Origin: Paragordius varius
Taxonomy: Eukaryota; Animalia; Nematomorpha
Length of the DNA stretch: 64,000 bases
Assembly: GCA_964247055.1 (NCBI GenBank)
Contig: OZ176054.1
Location: 1,426,001-1,490,000, forward strand
Direction of reading: 5' to 3'
Shown here: positions 61,638 through 64,000 of the stretch, piece after piece
Layout of the letters: the number at the start of each line of letters is the position of its first letter
Position numbering within the stretch: position 1 is the stretch's first letter
The notes under the pieces: model-generated
What the model saw: the letters and a program-made list of their open reading frames with translations, nothing else
The model's database searches: none
Told to the model about the DNA's origin: nothing
Made by a program: the position numbers and the translations under genes

Positions 61638-64000
61638 TATATATTTCATTTAGCGTTTGCACCTAATAATTTTACATCATTTATTTGGAATTTCAAGTTA
61701 TATTTCAAGAAAAGCAAATGACAATTCATTTAATTGTGATGGATGAATTATTTGACTAGTGACTGATATAGTTTACGTAATCGCTTTCTTTGATACGATT
61801 TCCCTAGGTTAACACTTTACAATTTTAAACGTTTTTATAATAAAAATTTATTAATTTAAATTATTGTTTACCATTTCTGATATCTCCAATATGGTTTTAA
61901 GGAAAAATAGTTATTGTACCTATTGATTCTAATATTCTATTGTTGTTTGAAATCATCTATGGATAAATGCGTCTATCATATATAAACTATTCAATAAGGT
62001 GGTTTTTATATTTTATATGTACGATTCGAAATTATTGGGTAATGTATCATTTTGCAAATTGTTTGAGCCATATATATTTATGTTATTAACATATTAAAGC
62101 TTAAAGTTGCTTTGGTTTAGCATACTTTCAGATTGCTGTTTTTAAATTATAAAAAAACTAATTAACCTTAACAAATTATTTTTGTCAATTACTTATAGAC
62201 TTAAAATTATCCAAGTTATCATCTTTTTTCCGTATCTTCAGCCGACAACTTCTTATTAGTTTTTTTTAAAATTACTTTACCTATATTATGAGTGAGCGGT
62301 ATCAGCGTAATAAACTACATTATGACTGCGACAGATTATGTCAAACACCAAACGAGAGCCGTATACGAAGACACACAATGCAAAGTATTCCAAAATATAT
62401 CCTTTCAGGTTTTCGGCTAAAATTTTAATTGTCAGATGCTTAGATCATAGTTAAATTTTCGTATAAACAATGAAGAATTAATTCTCTAGCCACAACTTTT
62501 CTGGAATTCTTAGCTCCATTTTACTATTTGATAATTATTGAGTAGGTCTATTTTTTATAATATATATATAAAGTTTTTCGTTTTGACATTTGCTTGTTTC
62601 CGACACACTAATAATACTACAGGATAATGATACCATTCTTGTGGCATATCTCATGCTGATGGGGGTTTATTATACTTTATACTTGCTTTTTAAAGGATGA
62701 CCAAATGTCATATTGTATTGTATTCATAATTAAACTAACTGAAAGTGTCGTATAATTAATGTTCATATTTTTATACAAAAATTACAGCAAAAAGCTTTCT
62801 GTCATATACCATCCATGCTATTCCTGTTCTCTTCTGACATTCGGATTTATATTAAAGAATTACTCATTCTGTTGCAAATCAAAGTCTCCTATTCTTTTTA
62901 CATAGGCAAGTTGAGTCAATATAAAGAATTTTTTATTTTGAAAAGATAGATATCGGGACACAAAGGTTAATAAATTATGCAATTATGGTAATTTTACTTC
63001 ACATAATGTAGCGTTAGTTTGTATATATATATATATATATATATAATAACTTAGTAAATATGATTGGCTAATTGATTGTATGATATAGAGACCTGTTTTT
63101 AACGATAGAGTAAATTGCTATTGATGTTTATCAAGGTCCTGTAATTGTTCGAATCTTTAAAAAATATGGGTGATCAAGTGAATGTCCATTATATTTTTAG
63201 GCATTTTATTTTTTCTCTATTCAGCAAATAAAATAAATAATAATAATACACGTCATGGAATTAAAACCAAACCCCCTTGAAAAAATTGTTGAATATTTAA
63301 ATTTATACTACAATTCTTAATATTGATTTGTTGTTACTTAGTCAATAATTATGCAAAAAAATGAAAATTTGTCGTTGAAGTGTTTTAGAGATAGTTGACA
63401 AAAATATGCAAATAATATAAAACACTCATGTATGGTGATGGTCTTACTTACGAATTAGCGTGTTATGTAATGACAAGTTTTTAATTAAAAAATGTCAGCA
63501 AATAAAAATAAGATTTGCTCAGCTTTTACACATTCAAGCATACCATCAATTCTCGCTATATATTTATAACAAGATTTATTGGATTCATATTTTACTATCA
63601 ATATTGTGTTTGTCTTCATGAGAAAACACTTTAAAAAACTTTTTTGCCAATTAAATTTCCAAATTTATTTTATCGAAAGTTTTATATTTTTATAATATCA
63701 TAAAACATACGCATGTATGAACTGGGATAAATTTTAAATTCTTTTAGAACTTTGTTGTCAATTTTTTTTAAAAGGATATGTAGATTAGACATTTTAAGTG
63801 AATGGCAAATCTGTTTACCAGACAACCCAAAATAAAATTGGATAGAATAAATCTTTAAATGGAAATTTTTATTATCTCTTAAAAGCATGTAAACAGGTTT
63901 TCGGTATTATCCTCAAGATAAAACCTTTTGATAACTATATTACGATTGCACTTTAAGATAATTAATGGTACTATTTTACAATAACGCCGAAAGTTTTAAG

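Noticed and set aside
59977-61662. ORFs such as LEKMLRLLEKML, QHFFKQTQHFF and KKCCVCLKKCC
   Set aside because: They are multi-frame read-through of the stop-free 21-bp repeats of the family C element; no non-repeat coding context.
62290-62960. GC-richer patches with GT-AG-bounded segments suggesting another spliced gene
   Set aside because: I could not assemble a consistent frame or strand, or recognise a product.

Overview
Very AT-rich, intron-rich eukaryotic (most likely animal) genomic DNA. Most listed six-frame ORFs are artefacts, and the real genes are split into small exons that I spliced by eye. Main contents: (1) a vein/neuregulin-like Ig+EGF ligand gene (~1.3-3.6 kb, +). (2) A ~32-kb locus (12777-44539, +; one giant gene or two adjacent genes) of roughly 85-90 hand-read exons. 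Most are 12-66 bp, frame-symmetric and phase 1. It encodes a signal peptide, three copies of an unrecognised 2-Cys domain, a Gly/Ala hydrophobic segment, a Ser/Pro-rich region grown by five-fold duplication of a 4-micro-exon cassette, and a helical C-terminus. This is a micro-exon-gene (MEG)-like architecture, and some of its introns are only 25-30 nt. (3) A ~10.1-kb Helitron-like element (49773-59908; A|TC...hairpin-CTAG|T) made almost entirely of 19 tandem ~560-bp units, 15 of which re-present its own 5' end, arranged as an AAAB higher-order repeat. (4) A dense TE landscape: a 1.85-kb hAT element with an 8-bp TSD, three TA-CCATTT MITE families with 21-bp subterminal repeats, a pogo/Tc1-like MITE family and foldback elements. 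(5) A few small unidentified spliced genes. No rRNA, tRNA or CRISPR is supported. All gene models are manual and need RNA-seq confirmation.
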